NCBI GenBank assembly: GCA_945885475.1
Contig: CAMCYR010000002.1
Location: 37,633-101,632 of the forward strand
From: Chitinophaga pinensis
GTDB lineage: Bacteria > Bacteroidota > Bacteroidia > 2-12-FULL-35-15
Direction of reading: 5' to 3'
DNA: 64,000 nt
Every line of letters begins with the position of its first letter. Position 1 is the first letter of the stretch. The notes beneath the pieces were generated by a model. It was not told the DNA's origin and did no database searches. It saw only the letters and a list, made by a program, of their open reading frames with translations. The translations under genes and the position numbers were made by a program. Shown one piece after another: positions 20,180 through 29,333 of the stretch.

Positions 20180-20230
20180 TGAAAAAGAATTTGATAATAG
20201 AACTAAAATCATATAACTAAACTAAATCCT

Positions 20231-20267
20231 TCCCCCCTCTCCAGCTGGAGAGGGGTTGGGGGTGAGG
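20231..20267 (+). repeat. GGGG-hairpin intergenic repeat (nuoE-nuoF gap)
   Basis: CCCCTCTCCagctGGAGAGGGG is a perfect palindrome, followed by ttg GGGGTGAGG. Confidence 0.5.
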
Positions 20268-20272
20268 CAATA

Positions 20273-21616
20273 ATGGGCAAAAAACTATTAATTCATAACG
20301 ACAACGTTCCGGGAATCGCTACACTTGAAGTGTATCGCCAGAATGGTGGATATGCTTCTGTTGAGAAGGCATTGAAAACAATGACACCTGCTGATGTAGT
20401 CGAAGAGGTGAAGAAATCAGGACTAAGGGGTCGTGGTGGTGCAGGTTTCCCTACAGGAATGAAATGGAGTTTCCTTGCGAAGCCGGAAGGTGTTGAGCGT
20501 TACCTTGTTTGTAATGCCGATGAATCTGAACCAGGAACATTCAAAGATCGTTACTTGATGGAAAAAATTCCACATGCTTTGATTGAAGGAATGATTACTT
20601 CGTCCTATGCATTAGGTGCAAAAACATCTTACATCTATATCCGTGGTGAATATTTTTACGTGGCTCGCATTGTTGAGAAAGCTATTGATGAAGCATATGC
20701 TGCGGGATTGCTTGGTAAAAATATTTTAGGCACCAACTTCTCTCACGATTGCTATGTGCAAGTGGGTGCTGGTGCATATATCTGCGGTGAAGAAACTGCT
20801 TTGTTAGAATCATTAGAAGGCAAGCGTGGTAATCCCCGTATCAAGCCGCCATTCCCGGCCATCGCTGGTTTGTATGGTTGTCCTACTGTTGTAAACAATG
20901 TTGAAACAATTGCTGCTGTTTGTCCAATCGTGATGATGGGTGGTGATGAATATGCTAAAATTGGTATCGGAAGAAGTACTGGTACTAAATTAATTTCTGC
21001 ATCCGGACATATCAATAAACCGGGTGTTTATGAAATTGAATTGGGATTGCCGGTTGAAGAATTTATATACTCAGAAGAATATTGCGGTGGTATTATCAAT
21101 GGAAGAAAACTAAAAGCGGTTGTTGCCGGTGGATCTTCTGTTCCTATTTTACCTGCTGAATTAATTCTTAAAAACGATAAAGGTGAAGCTCGTCTGATGT
21201 CATACGAGTCATTGAGTGAAGGGGGCTTTGCAACAGGAACAATGCTTGGATCCGGGGGATTCATTGTGTACGATGAAACAACTAGTATCGTAAAAAATCT
21301 CTATACGTTTGCCCGTTTCTATCATCACGAAAGTTGTGGACAATGTTCTCCTTGCCGTGAAGGGACAGGTTGGATGGAAAAAATTCTTCACCGTATCGTT
21401 GAAGGTCAAGGGAAACCAAGTGATGTTGATCTACTTTGGGATATTCAAAGAAAAATTGAAGGAAATACAATTTGTCCTTTAGGCGATGCTGCTGCATGGC
21501 CCGTAGCAAGTGCGATCCGTCACTTCCGTCACGAGTTTGAAGAATATATCAATCACCCGGAAAGAATTAAAGATGTTAAACATTATTACAGTGTGCATCA
21601 GTTGGCTGGAGCATAA
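20273..21616 (+). CDS. nuoF: NADH-quinone oxidoreductase subunit F (51 kDa; FMN, NADH and 4Fe-4S binding)
   Basis: GRGGAGFPTG is the FMN-binding motif. ESCGQCSPCREG is the N3 cluster. Confidence 0.95.
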   Translation: MGKKLLIHNDNVPGIATLEVYRQNGGYASVEKALKTMTPADVVEEVKKSGLRGRGGAGFPTGMKWSFLAKPEGVERYLVCNADESEPGTFKDRYLMEKIPHALIEGMITSSYALGAKTSYIYIRGEYFYVARIVEKAIDEAYAAGLLGKNILGTNFSHDCYVQVGAGAYICGEETALLESLEGKRGNPRIKPPFPAIAGLYGCPTVVNNVETIAAVCPIVMMGGDEYAKIGIGRSTGTKLISASGHINKPGVYEIELGLPVEEFIYSEEYCGGIINGRKLKAVVAGGSSVPILPAELILKNDKGEARLMSYESLSEGGFATGTMLGSGGFIVYDETTSIVKNLYTFARFYHHESCGQCSPCREGTGWMEKILHRIVEGQGKPSDVDLLWDIQRKIEGNTICPLGDAAAWPVASAIRHFRHEFEEYINHPERIKDVKHYYSVHQLAGA

Positions 21617-21640
21617 TTGTAAATTGTAAAAGATAAAAAG

Positions 21641-22633
21641 ATGGCAAAAGTAACGATAGACGGACATAGCATAGAAGTACCCGATGGAACAACGATCCTT
21701 CAGGCTGCGCGGATGCTTGTAGATAATAATCCGGAGGTGGATGCAAAAGTTGCCCCTCCGACAATGTGCTATTATTCAAAATTAAAAACCAGCGGTGGAT
21801 ATTGCCGTACTTGTGTTGTAAAGGTAACCAAGGGTTCTGAAAAAGATCCGCGTCCAATGCCAAAGCCTGTTGCCTCTTGCAGAACAACAGTAATGGATGG
21901 AATGGAAGTGGTTAACATCACCTCTCCCGAAGTTTTGGAGGCACGAAAAGGTGTTGTTGAATTTTTATTGATCAATCACCCTTTGGATTGCCCGATCTGT
22001 GATCAGGCGGGCGAATGCCATTTGCAGGATCTTGGCTATGAACACGGTTTGGCTAAAACACGCTACGATTTTTCAAGAAGAACATTTAATCAGATCGATA
22101 TCGGTCCGTATATCAAATTACACATGACGCGTTGCATCATGTGCTTCCGTTGTATAAAAGTTGCTGATCAGATCACCAATAATCGTTATCAGGGAATGCT
22201 GTTCCGTGGCGATGCTTCTGAAATCAGTACTTACATCGAGAAAGCAGTTGATAATGATTTTTCAGGAAACGTGATTGATGTTTGTCCGGTAGGTGCTCTA
22301 ACCGATAGAACATTCCGATTTAAAAGTCGTGTTTGGTTTACAAAACCAATGGATGCGCATCGCAACTGTACAAAGTGTTCTGGAAAGGCTGCTGTTTGGC
22401 TGAAAGGAAACGACGTGTTGCGTGTTACAGCCCGCAAAGATCAGTGGGGAGAAGCAATCGACTGGATCTGTAACGAATGTCGTTTCGAGAAAAAAGATGC
22501 GAAAGATTGGGTAATTGAAAAACCAAGCCACATTGATCGTCACTCTGTGATCTCACAAAATCATTATGAGAATTTAGCGCAATTGAAATTAGATATTTCT
22601 AAACAGCAGAAACAAATTGCCGGAAAAAAATAA
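21641..22633 (+). CDS. nuoG: NADH-quinone oxidoreductase subunit G (short form, ~330 aa)
   Basis: An N-terminal 2Fe-2S ferredoxin fold is followed by CxxCxxxC...C motifs. The gene is truncated relative to proteobacterial NuoG, as is typical of Bacteroidota. Confidence 0.9.
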   Translation: MAKVTIDGHSIEVPDGTTILQAARMLVDNNPEVDAKVAPPTMCYYSKLKTSGGYCRTCVVKVTKGSEKDPRPMPKPVASCRTTVMDGMEVVNITSPEVLEARKGVVEFLLINHPLDCPICDQAGECHLQDLGYEHGLAKTRYDFSRRTFNQIDIGPYIKLHMTRCIMCFRCIKVADQITNNRYQGMLFRGDASEISTYIEKAVDNDFSGNVIDVCPVGALTDRTFRFKSRVWFTKPMDAHRNCTKCSGKAAVWLKGNDVLRVTARKDQWGEAIDWICNECRFEKKDAKDWVIEKPSHIDRHSVISQNHYENLAQLKLDISKQQKQIAGKK

Positions 22634-22639
22634 GATACT

Positions 22640-23686
22640 ATGACATTAGATTTTCTGATTTATAAAATTATTTTAGTGTTGATTGTTTTTTCAATCACAT
22701 TATTGGTGGCGACATACAGCACCTATGCCGAAAGAAAAATTGCGGCTTTCCTTCAGGATCGTATCGGTCCGGACAGAGCTGGCCCATTCGGAATTCTTCA
22801 GCCATTAGCCGATGCTGTTAAAATGTTCATGAAGGAAGAAATTATTCCGAACGTTTCTAACAAGGCGCTCTTTGTTTTAGGTCCCGGAATTTGCATGCTT
22901 ACCGCTTGTATGACGGGTGTTATTATTCCATGGGGTAAAACAATTAACATAGGTGGAACCGATTATCCCTTGCAAATTGCAGATGTAAATATCGGGATCC
23001 TCTATTTGTTTGGCGTACTTTCATTAGGGGTCTATGGTATTATGATTGGAGGTTGGGCATCAAATAATAAATACTCATTGCTTGGTGCTATCCGCGCTTC
23101 TTCACAAATGATTAGCTACGAAGTTGCAATGGGAATCTCCATTATTGCTTTGGTAATGACCACGGGAACGTTGAGTACCGCTGAAATTGCAGCTCAACAG
23201 CATGGATGGCACTGGAACGTGTTGATCCAGCCTCTGGGTTGTCTGATCTTTATTATCTGCGCATTTGCTGAAACAAATCGCGCTCCTTTCGATTTACCTG
23301 AGTGTGAAACAGAACTTGTTGGCGGTTACCATACTGAATACAGTTCAATGAAACTTGGTTTGTTCTTGTTCTCTGAATATATCAACATGTTCATTTCCTC
23401 CGCTGTGATTGCTACTTTTTATTTTGGTGGGTACAACATGCCCTTGATCGGACGATGGGTGCATGATCCGAATGCGTTAGCGATTCTTGGAATTGTTTTC
23501 CTATTCATGAAAATTGTCGGATTTATATTTTTCTTCATGTGGGTGCGCTGGACATTACCCCGCTTCCGCTATGATCAACTGATGAATCTGGGATGGAAGA
23601 TTTTAATTCCTTTGTCAATATTGAACCTGGTATTAACAGGCGCATGGATGATGCGTCATGAGATCATGGTTTATTTTGTAAAATAG
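22640..23686 (+). CDS. nuoH: NADH-quinone oxidoreductase subunit H
   Basis: RKIAAFLQDRIGPDRAGPFG...ETNRAPFDLPE.E.ELVGGYH.EYSS. Confidence 0.95.
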   Translation: MTLDFLIYKIILVLIVFSITLLVATYSTYAERKIAAFLQDRIGPDRAGPFGILQPLADAVKMFMKEEIIPNVSNKALFVLGPGICMLTACMTGVIIPWGKTINIGGTDYPLQIADVNIGILYLFGVLSLGVYGIMIGGWASNNKYSLLGAIRASSQMISYEVAMGISIIALVMTTGTLSTAEIAAQQHGWHWNVLIQPLGCLIFIICAFAETNRAPFDLPECETELVGGYHTEYSSMKLGLFLFSEYINMFISSAVIATFYFGGYNMPLIGRWVHDPNALAILGIVFLFMKIVGFIFFFMWVRWTLPRFRYDQLMNLGWKILIPLSILNLVLTGAWMMRHEIMVYFVK

Positions 23687-24267
23687 TTGGCAGTTGGCAA
23701 TTAAAATAGTTGGCAAAGGAGAAGTAATAAAATAATAGTTCTTTTAAATATATGGGAAGTTTCAGAGATTTGAATGTTTACAAAAAAGCATTTGATTTAT
23801 CAATGCTAATTTTTAAAGAATCAAAAAAATTTCCAAATGAAGAGAAATTTGGTCTAACAAGTCAAATTAGAAGATCATCTCGTTCTGTTTGTTCGAATGT
23901 TGGTGAGGGTTATAGAAAAAGACTTTACCCTGCTCATTTTGTAAGCAAATGTTCAGATGCAGACATGGAAAACAGCGAGACTCAAGTATGGTTAGATTTT
24001 GCTTTGGCTTGTGAATATATAGAGAAAGAGCAGTTTGATGAATATTTAAAACGTTCAGAAGAAATAGGTAGGATGATCGGGCACATGATCGAGAATCCAG
24101 AAAAATATAAAGGAAAATAAATGCAGTTGGCAATTAAAAAAGTTGGCAATTCGCAAAAATAAAATTTAAGAAACAGATTAAGTATAAACAGGTTGACATT
24201 AGAAGAGTTTGCTTACAAAATGACTGAAATCATTTTCCAACTTTTTTAATTGCCAACTGCCAACTGA
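23685..24267. mobile_element. ~580-bp cassette carrying a second four-helix-bundle gene. It is flanked by direct repeats and ends in a 144-bp element with 28-bp terminal inverted repeats.
   Basis: The direct repeat is AGTTGGCAGTTGGCAATTAAAAtAGTTGGCAA (23685-23716), matching CAGTTGGCAATTAAAAAAGTTGGCAA (24124-24150). Its reverse complement CCAACTTTTTTAATTGCCAACTGCCAACTG lies at 24238-24267, right against the nuoI start. Confidence 0.5.
23752..24120 (+). CDS. Four-helix-bundle protein of the 23S rRNA IVS family (TIGR02436-like), second copy
   Basis: ...NVYKKAFDLSMLIF...KFPNEEKFGLTSQIRRSSRSVCSNVGEGYRKR...ENSETQVWLDFALACEYI is a canonical pattern. The protein has diverged from the copy at 17899. 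Confidence 0.8.
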   Translation: MGSFRDLNVYKKAFDLSMLIFKESKKFPNEEKFGLTSQIRRSSRSVCSNVGEGYRKRLYPAHFVSKCSDADMENSETQVWLDFALACEYIEKEQFDEYLKRSEEIGRMIGHMIENPEKYKGK

Positions 24268-24271
24268 TAAA

Positions 24272-24883
24272 ATGATGTTAACAAATAGATCGCAAGTTGT
24301 TGTTAAAAAGGAAATGACATTCATTGAACGGATGTATCTGCCGGCTATTTTTAGCGGTATGCTCATTACCTTTAAACACCTTTTCAAAAAATCGGCAACG
24401 ATTAAGTATCCGGAACAAACACGTGAGTTTAGTAAAATTTACCGCGGACAACATGTTTTAAAACGTGATGAAAAAGGTGCCGAACGTTGCACGGCGTGCG
24501 GATTATGCGCTGTTGCCTGTCCAGCAGAAGCTATCACGATGATTGCGGCAGAAAGAAAGCCTGGTGAAGAAGCTTTATACAGAGAAGAAAAATATGCTGC
24601 AACATATGAAATCAATATGCTGCGTTGCATCTTTTGTGGCGACTGTGAAGAAGCTTGTCCGAAAGAAGCGATTTTCTTAACCGATAGAAAAGTAGACAGC
24701 TTCTATACACGTAAAGAATTTATTTATGGAAAAAGTATTTTGGTGGAAGGACTTGAAAGCGACAAGCGTGTTGATGTAAGTGTCCGCGAAACAAAAGCTG
24801 TGGAAGAATTTAAAAAACACAAAGAGTTTGCTCACAACGAAACATACGATAAAAATAAAAAGAAAACAGTTGCTGGACACTAG
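24272..24883 (+). CDS. nuoI: NADH-quinone oxidoreductase subunit I (two 4Fe-4S clusters)
   Basis: CTACGLCAVACP and CIFCGDCEEACP. Confidence 0.95.
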   Translation: MMLTNRSQVVVKKEMTFIERMYLPAIFSGMLITFKHLFKKSATIKYPEQTREFSKIYRGQHVLKRDEKGAERCTACGLCAVACPAEAITMIAAERKPGEEALYREEKYAATYEINMLRCIFCGDCEEACPKEAIFLTDRKVDSFYTRKEFIYGKSILVEGLESDKRVDVSVRETKAVEEFKKHKEFAHNETYDKNKKKTVAGH

Positions 24884-24927
24884 TTCTCAAATAACACCTT
24901 CAACAACCAACAACGAATATTAAAATT

Positions 24928-25428
24928 ATGATTACAACATACTTGTTTTATCTGCTTTCTTTTCTGGCGATCATGTTCGCTTTGATGGTGGTATTCTCCA
25001 AAAACCCAATACACAGTGTGCTGTATCTGGTTCTGGCATTTTTTACAATCGCTGGTCATTATGTATTGCTAAATGCGCAGTTCTTGGCTGCCGTGCACAT
25101 CATCGTTTATGCCGGTGCGATCATGGTTTTATTCCTCTTTGTGATCATGCTTTTAAACCTGAATAAGGAAACAGAGCCTCACAAAAGCGTTTGGTTGAAA
25201 GCCTCTGCTGCTGTTGCATCGGGTTCATTGCTGGTTGTTCTTGTTGGTTCTCTTAAAGGTGCTGCCGGTATCCAGTCTGCAAAAACATTTGACGCAAGTA
25301 TCGGATTGATCGAAAATTTAGGACAAACATTGTTCAACGATTTTTTATTGCCATTTGAAGTATCCTCTATCTTGCTGCTGTCAGCAATGGTTGGTGCAGT
25401 TATGTTGGGTAAGAAAAGTATTAAGTAA
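24928..25428 (+). CDS. nuoJ: NADH-quinone oxidoreductase subunit J
   Basis: A membrane protein of conserved size, in the expected position in the operon. Confidence 0.9.
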   Translation: MITTYLFYLLSFLAIMFALMVVFSKNPIHSVLYLVLAFFTIAGHYVLLNAQFLAAVHIIVYAGAIMVLFLFVIMLLNLNKETEPHKSVWLKASAAVASGSLLVVLVGSLKGAAGIQSAKTFDASIGLIENLGQTLFNDFLLPFEVSSILLLSAMVGAVMLGKKSIK

Positions 25429-25493
25429 TTGAAATATTAAAAATCACAGATCAGAAACGTCACAATTTTTGATCGTCAATTTAAAAATAAAGA

Positions 25494-25811
25494 ATGAGCG
25501 CAATACAAACAATTCCTTTAGAGTGGTACCTCTTACTGAGTACGGTCCTTTTTACCATTGGTGTATTAGGTGTGCTTTTTAGACGAAATGCCATTATCAT
25601 TTTTATGTCAATTGAGTTGATGTTAAATGCTGTTAACCTTTTGCTTGTTGCATTTTCAAGTTATTTGTCTGATAGCAAAGGACAAGTATTTGTGTTTTTT
25701 ATTATGGCTGTAGCGGCCGCGGAAGTAGCTGTTGGACTCGCAATTCTGATGATGGTGTACCGAAATACAAACTCATCGGATATTAATACCTTGAATAAAT
25801 TAAAATGGTAA
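25494..25811 (+). CDS. nuoK: NADH-quinone oxidoreductase subunit K
   Basis: ~100 aa with three transmembrane segments and the ...[14 protein letters not shown]... motif. Confidence 0.95.
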   Translation: MSAIQTIPLEWYLLLSTVLFTIGVLGVLFRRNAIIIFMSIELMLNAVNLLLVAFSSYLSDSKGQVFVFFIMAVAAAEVAVGLAILMMVYRNTNSSDINTLNKLKW

Positions 25812-25858
25812 TTCACTACTGTCTGTTTAATCAGATAGAGAAAAAATAAAAGAAGAGT

Positions 25859-27757
25859 ATGATAAAATTAGTTTGGTTAGTTCCGCTTCTCCCGCTTATA
25901 GGATTTATAATCATCGGATTATTCGGAAAAAAATTATCGAAGGGAATCGTTGGGATAATTGGCAGCGGTGCTGTATTAGGTGCCTTTGCAATTGCTCTTG
26001 GAATATTTTTTGAATTGAAAGGGAGTGTCCAAAAAGAACACACCATCGATTTGTTCAATTGGATCTCTGCCGGTAAGTTGTCTATTCCATTCTCCTTTCT
26101 GATTGACCCTCTGTCTTCCTTATTCTTATTGATTATCACTGGGATCGGATTTTTGATCCATGTATACTCTACCGGTTATATGAGCCATGACGAAGGCTTT
26201 TTCCGTTTCTTCGCATACTTGAATCTTTTCATCTTCTTCATGTTGTTGTTGGTATTGGGCTCTAATTACCTGATCATGTTTGTTGGTTGGGAAGGCGTTG
26301 GATTGTGCTCTTATCTATTGATTGGCTTCTGGTTTAAAAATACAGCGTATAATAATGCTGCAAAAAAAGCATTCATCATGAACCGTGTAGGTGACTTAGG
26401 TTTCCTGTTAGGAATTATACTGATTTTTGTAACCTTTGGAAGCATTGGATATCACGATGTTTTTGAACAAGCAAAAAACATGGCTTCCGGAAATGCAACC
26501 TTAACAGCTATTGCTTTATTGTTGTTTGTTGGTGCAATGGGAAAAAGTGCCCAGCTTCCTTTATACACGTGGTTGCCCGATGCGATGGCTGGACCAACTC
26601 CTGTATCAGCTTTAATTCACGCTGCTACCATGGTAACAGCCGGTATCTATATGATTGCTCGCTCAAATATTTTATACACACTTTCTCCGGATGCAATGAA
26701 TGTTGTTGCGATCATTGGAGTGTGTACAGCCTTGTTTGCTGCAACAATCGGACTGGCACAAAACGATATTAAAAAAGTATTGGCGTATTCGACCGTTTCA
26801 CAATTAGGATATATGTTCCTTGCTCTTGGTGTTGGTGCTTATACCGGAGCTGTTTTCCATGTGATGACGCACGCGTTCTTCAAAGCATTATTATTCCTTG
26901 GTGCAGGAAGTGTTATCCATGCGATGAGTGGTGAACAGGACATTCGTAAAATGGGAGGATTGAAAAAATACATCTCTACAACACACATTACATTTTTATT
27001 AGGAACACTTGCTATTGCTGGTTGTTTCCCTTTCTCAGGATTCTTTTCCAAAGACGAAATTCTTGCTCATGCATGGGAACATAATAAGCTGCTTTGGTTC
27101 TTGGGAATTTTAGGTGCAGCGATGACGACCTTCTATATGTTCCGTTTATATTTTCTTACTTTCCACGGTAAATTCAGAGGAACGCATGAACAAGAGCACC
27201 ACCTGCACGAGTCGCCAAAGTCAATGACGATTCCCTTGATCGTTTTAGCGATACTTTCAGTCGTAGGTGGTTTGATCGGTATTCCGGAAGCATTGCATGG
27301 CACGCATTATTTAGAGGAATTCTTAAGCCCTGTATTTGAATCTTCTTCTTTCCGTCTGGTTCACCATTTATCGCATGAAACAGAATATTTATTGATGGGT
27401 ATGGCAACATTAGTAATGATTGTTGCGATCTATTTCGCACACTCAATCTATGTTAAGAAAAACACAGTACCTGCTGCAGAAGGTGAAGAATTACAACCAC
27501 TTCATAAATTGGTTTACAATAAGTATTGGATTGATGAATTGTATGAAAGCCTGATTACGAAACCTCTGAATTTAATTTCAGAAGCATTCTACAAGCTGGT
27601 AGATAATCAAATTGTTGATGGAATTGTAAATGGTGTAGGTTCTCTTATAACATGGCTAAGTAGCGTTCTCCGCCTTGCTCAAACAGGTAACATCGGATTT
27701 TATGTGTTTGTAATGGTCATTAGTATTGTTTTGATTTTGTTTACGCAACTGTTTTAG
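25859..27757 (+). CDS. nuoL: NADH-quinone oxidoreductase subunit L
   Basis: A 632-aa antiporter-like subunit carrying the conserved NuoL motif WLPDAMAGPTPVSALIHAATMVTAG. Confidence 0.95.
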   Translation: MIKLVWLVPLLPLIGFIIIGLFGKKLSKGIVGIIGSGAVLGAFAIALGIFFELKGSVQKEHTIDLFNWISAGKLSIPFSFLIDPLSSLFLLIITGIGFLIHVYSTGYMSHDEGFFRFFAYLNLFIFFMLLLVLGSNYLIMFVGWEGVGLCSYLLIGFWFKNTAYNNAAKKAFIMNRVGDLGFLLGIILIFVTFGSIGYHDVFEQAKNMASGNATLTAIALLLFVGAMGKSAQLPLYTWLPDAMAGPTPVSALIHAATMVTAGIYMIARSNILYTLSPDAMNVVAIIGVCTALFAATIGLAQNDIKKVLAYSTVSQLGYMFLALGVGAYTGAVFHVMTHAFFKALLFLGAGSVIHAMSGEQDIRKMGGLKKYISTTHITFLLGTLAIAGCFPFSGFFSKDEILAHAWEHNKLLWFLGILGAAMTTFYMFRLYFLTFHGKFRGTHEQEHHLHESPKSMTIPLIVLAILSVVGGLIGIPEALHGTHYLEEFLSPVFESSSFRLVHHLSHETEYLLMGMATLVMIVAIYFAHSIYVKKNTVPAAEGEELQPLHKLVYNKYWIDELYESLITKPLNLISEAFYKLVDNQIVDGIVNGVGSLITWLSSVLRLAQTGNIGFYVFVMVISIVLILFTQLF

Positions 27758-27781
27758 AATTTAGAATTTATTTATAAAGAT

Positions 27782-29248
27782 ATGATCACATTATTATTAA
27801 TATTTTTTCCATTACTTGCTGGCTTACTTTTATTATTTGTAAAAGGTCCGCAAGTAAAAAACATTGCACTGGGTGCTGCAATACTTGAATTTGTAATTGC
27901 AATTTTTGCACTTTCTCAATTTCATCGCGATGCAACTACGCAGTTTGAGTGGAATTCGGCTTGGATCCAATCCATGGGCATTTCGTTTCATGTTGGAATA
28001 GATGGTATCTCAATGTTGTTGGTTCTTTTAACAACATTTCTTGTTCCTGTTATTATTCTCACTTCGTTTAAAACCGATTACAAAAACCCTTCTGCCTTCT
28101 ATGCATTAATCATGTTTATGCAAATGGCGCTTGTAGGTGTCTTCGTTTCATTAGACGGTTTTTTATTTTACGTGTTCTGGGAATTAGCATTGATCCCGAT
28201 CTACTTTATCTGTTTGTTGTGGGGTGGAGAAGACAGAGCAAGAATTACATTCAAGTTTTTTGTATACACCCTTGCCGGAAGTTTATTCATGTTGGGAGGA
28301 TTAATTTATCTTTACCTGCATACTTCAGGAACCCATAGTTTTAATATCACAGCGCTATATGCAGCCGGACAAAGCCTTGACCTTGTTCATCAGGGATATG
28401 TATTCTGGGCAATGTTCATCGCATTCGCTATTAAAATGCCCGTTTTCCCATTTCATACATGGCAGCCGGATACATATACAACGGCTCCTACACAAGGTAC
28501 CATGCTGCTTTCCGGTATCATGTTAAAGATGGGAACATTTGGTGTGATCCGCTGGTTGTTGCCATTGGCTCCATTAGGTGTTGAACACTACGCAAATGTT
28601 GTGATCGGATTATCCGTATTCGGTATTGTTTACGCATCTTGTATCGCTATCGTACAAAAAGATTTCAAACGATTAATCGCTTATTCATCGATTGCACATG
28701 TTGGCTTGATCGCTGCGGGTATATTATCCATGAACGCTCAAGGTGTTCAGGGTGCAATGATTCAAATGTTAAGTCACGGTGTAAATGTAGTGGGCTTGTT
28801 CTTTATTGTTGACCTGATTCAGAAACGTACAAACACCAGAGAAATTCAATCGCTCGGTGGAATCAGAAATGTGAATCCTCAATTTGCTGTTCTGTTTTTA
28901 ATTGTATTGTTAGGCAGTGTCGCACTTCCATTAACAAACGGATTTATTGGCGAGTTTTTATTGTTGAACGGTTTGTTTCAGCACAATGCTTGGATGGCTG
29001 CCTTTGCAGGTTTGTCGGTAATCTTAGGTGCCGTATATATGCTGCGGAGCTACCAATCAATCATGTTAGGAGAAACAAATGCAGCAACAGCTTCTTTTGC
29101 TCCATTAGAAACAACCGAAAAAGCAGTGCTGATAATTATTTGTTCTGCAATTATTGTTTTTGGAGTGTTTCCAAAACCATTAACGGATATTTGTTCACCT
29201 GCTGTTGATCAGCTAGTAAACAATGTGAAGATGGCATTAGGAAAATAA
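27782..29248 (+). CDS. nuoM: NADH-quinone oxidoreductase subunit M
   Basis: An antiporter-like subunit with ...FHTWQPDTYT... and ...AYSSIAHVG.... Confidence 0.95.
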   Translation: MITLLLIFFPLLAGLLLLFVKGPQVKNIALGAAILEFVIAIFALSQFHRDATTQFEWNSAWIQSMGISFHVGIDGISMLLVLLTTFLVPVIILTSFKTDYKNPSAFYALIMFMQMALVGVFVSLDGFLFYVFWELALIPIYFICLLWGGEDRARITFKFFVYTLAGSLFMLGGLIYLYLHTSGTHSFNITALYAAGQSLDLVHQGYVFWAMFIAFAIKMPVFPFHTWQPDTYTTAPTQGTMLLSGIMLKMGTFGVIRWLLPLAPLGVEHYANVVIGLSVFGIVYASCIAIVQKDFKRLIAYSSIAHVGLIAAGILSMNAQGVQGAMIQMLSHGVNVVGLFFIVDLIQKRTNTREIQSLGGIRNVNPQFAVLFLIVLLGSVALPLTNGFIGEFLLLNGLFQHNAWMAAFAGLSVILGAVYMLRSYQSIMLGETNAATASFAPLETTEKAVLIIICSAIIVFGVFPKPLTDICSPAVDQLVNNVKMALGK

Positions 29249-29288
29249 AAAATAAAATAAAAAAAATTAAATCCAGTTCACAAAAGGT

Positions 29289-29319
29289 TTATCTGTGTAA
29301 ATCTGTGAAATCTGTGGTG
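29289..29319. repeat. Triple ATCTGTG motif, second copy (nuoM-nuoN gap)
   Basis: See 8103-8132. Confidence 0.4.
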
Positions 29320-29333
29320 AAAAATAAAAGTAT

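Noticed and set aside
24199-24387. 62-aa minus-strand ORF
   Set aside because: It lies inside the 144-bp TIR element and overlaps the nuoI start on the opposite strand.
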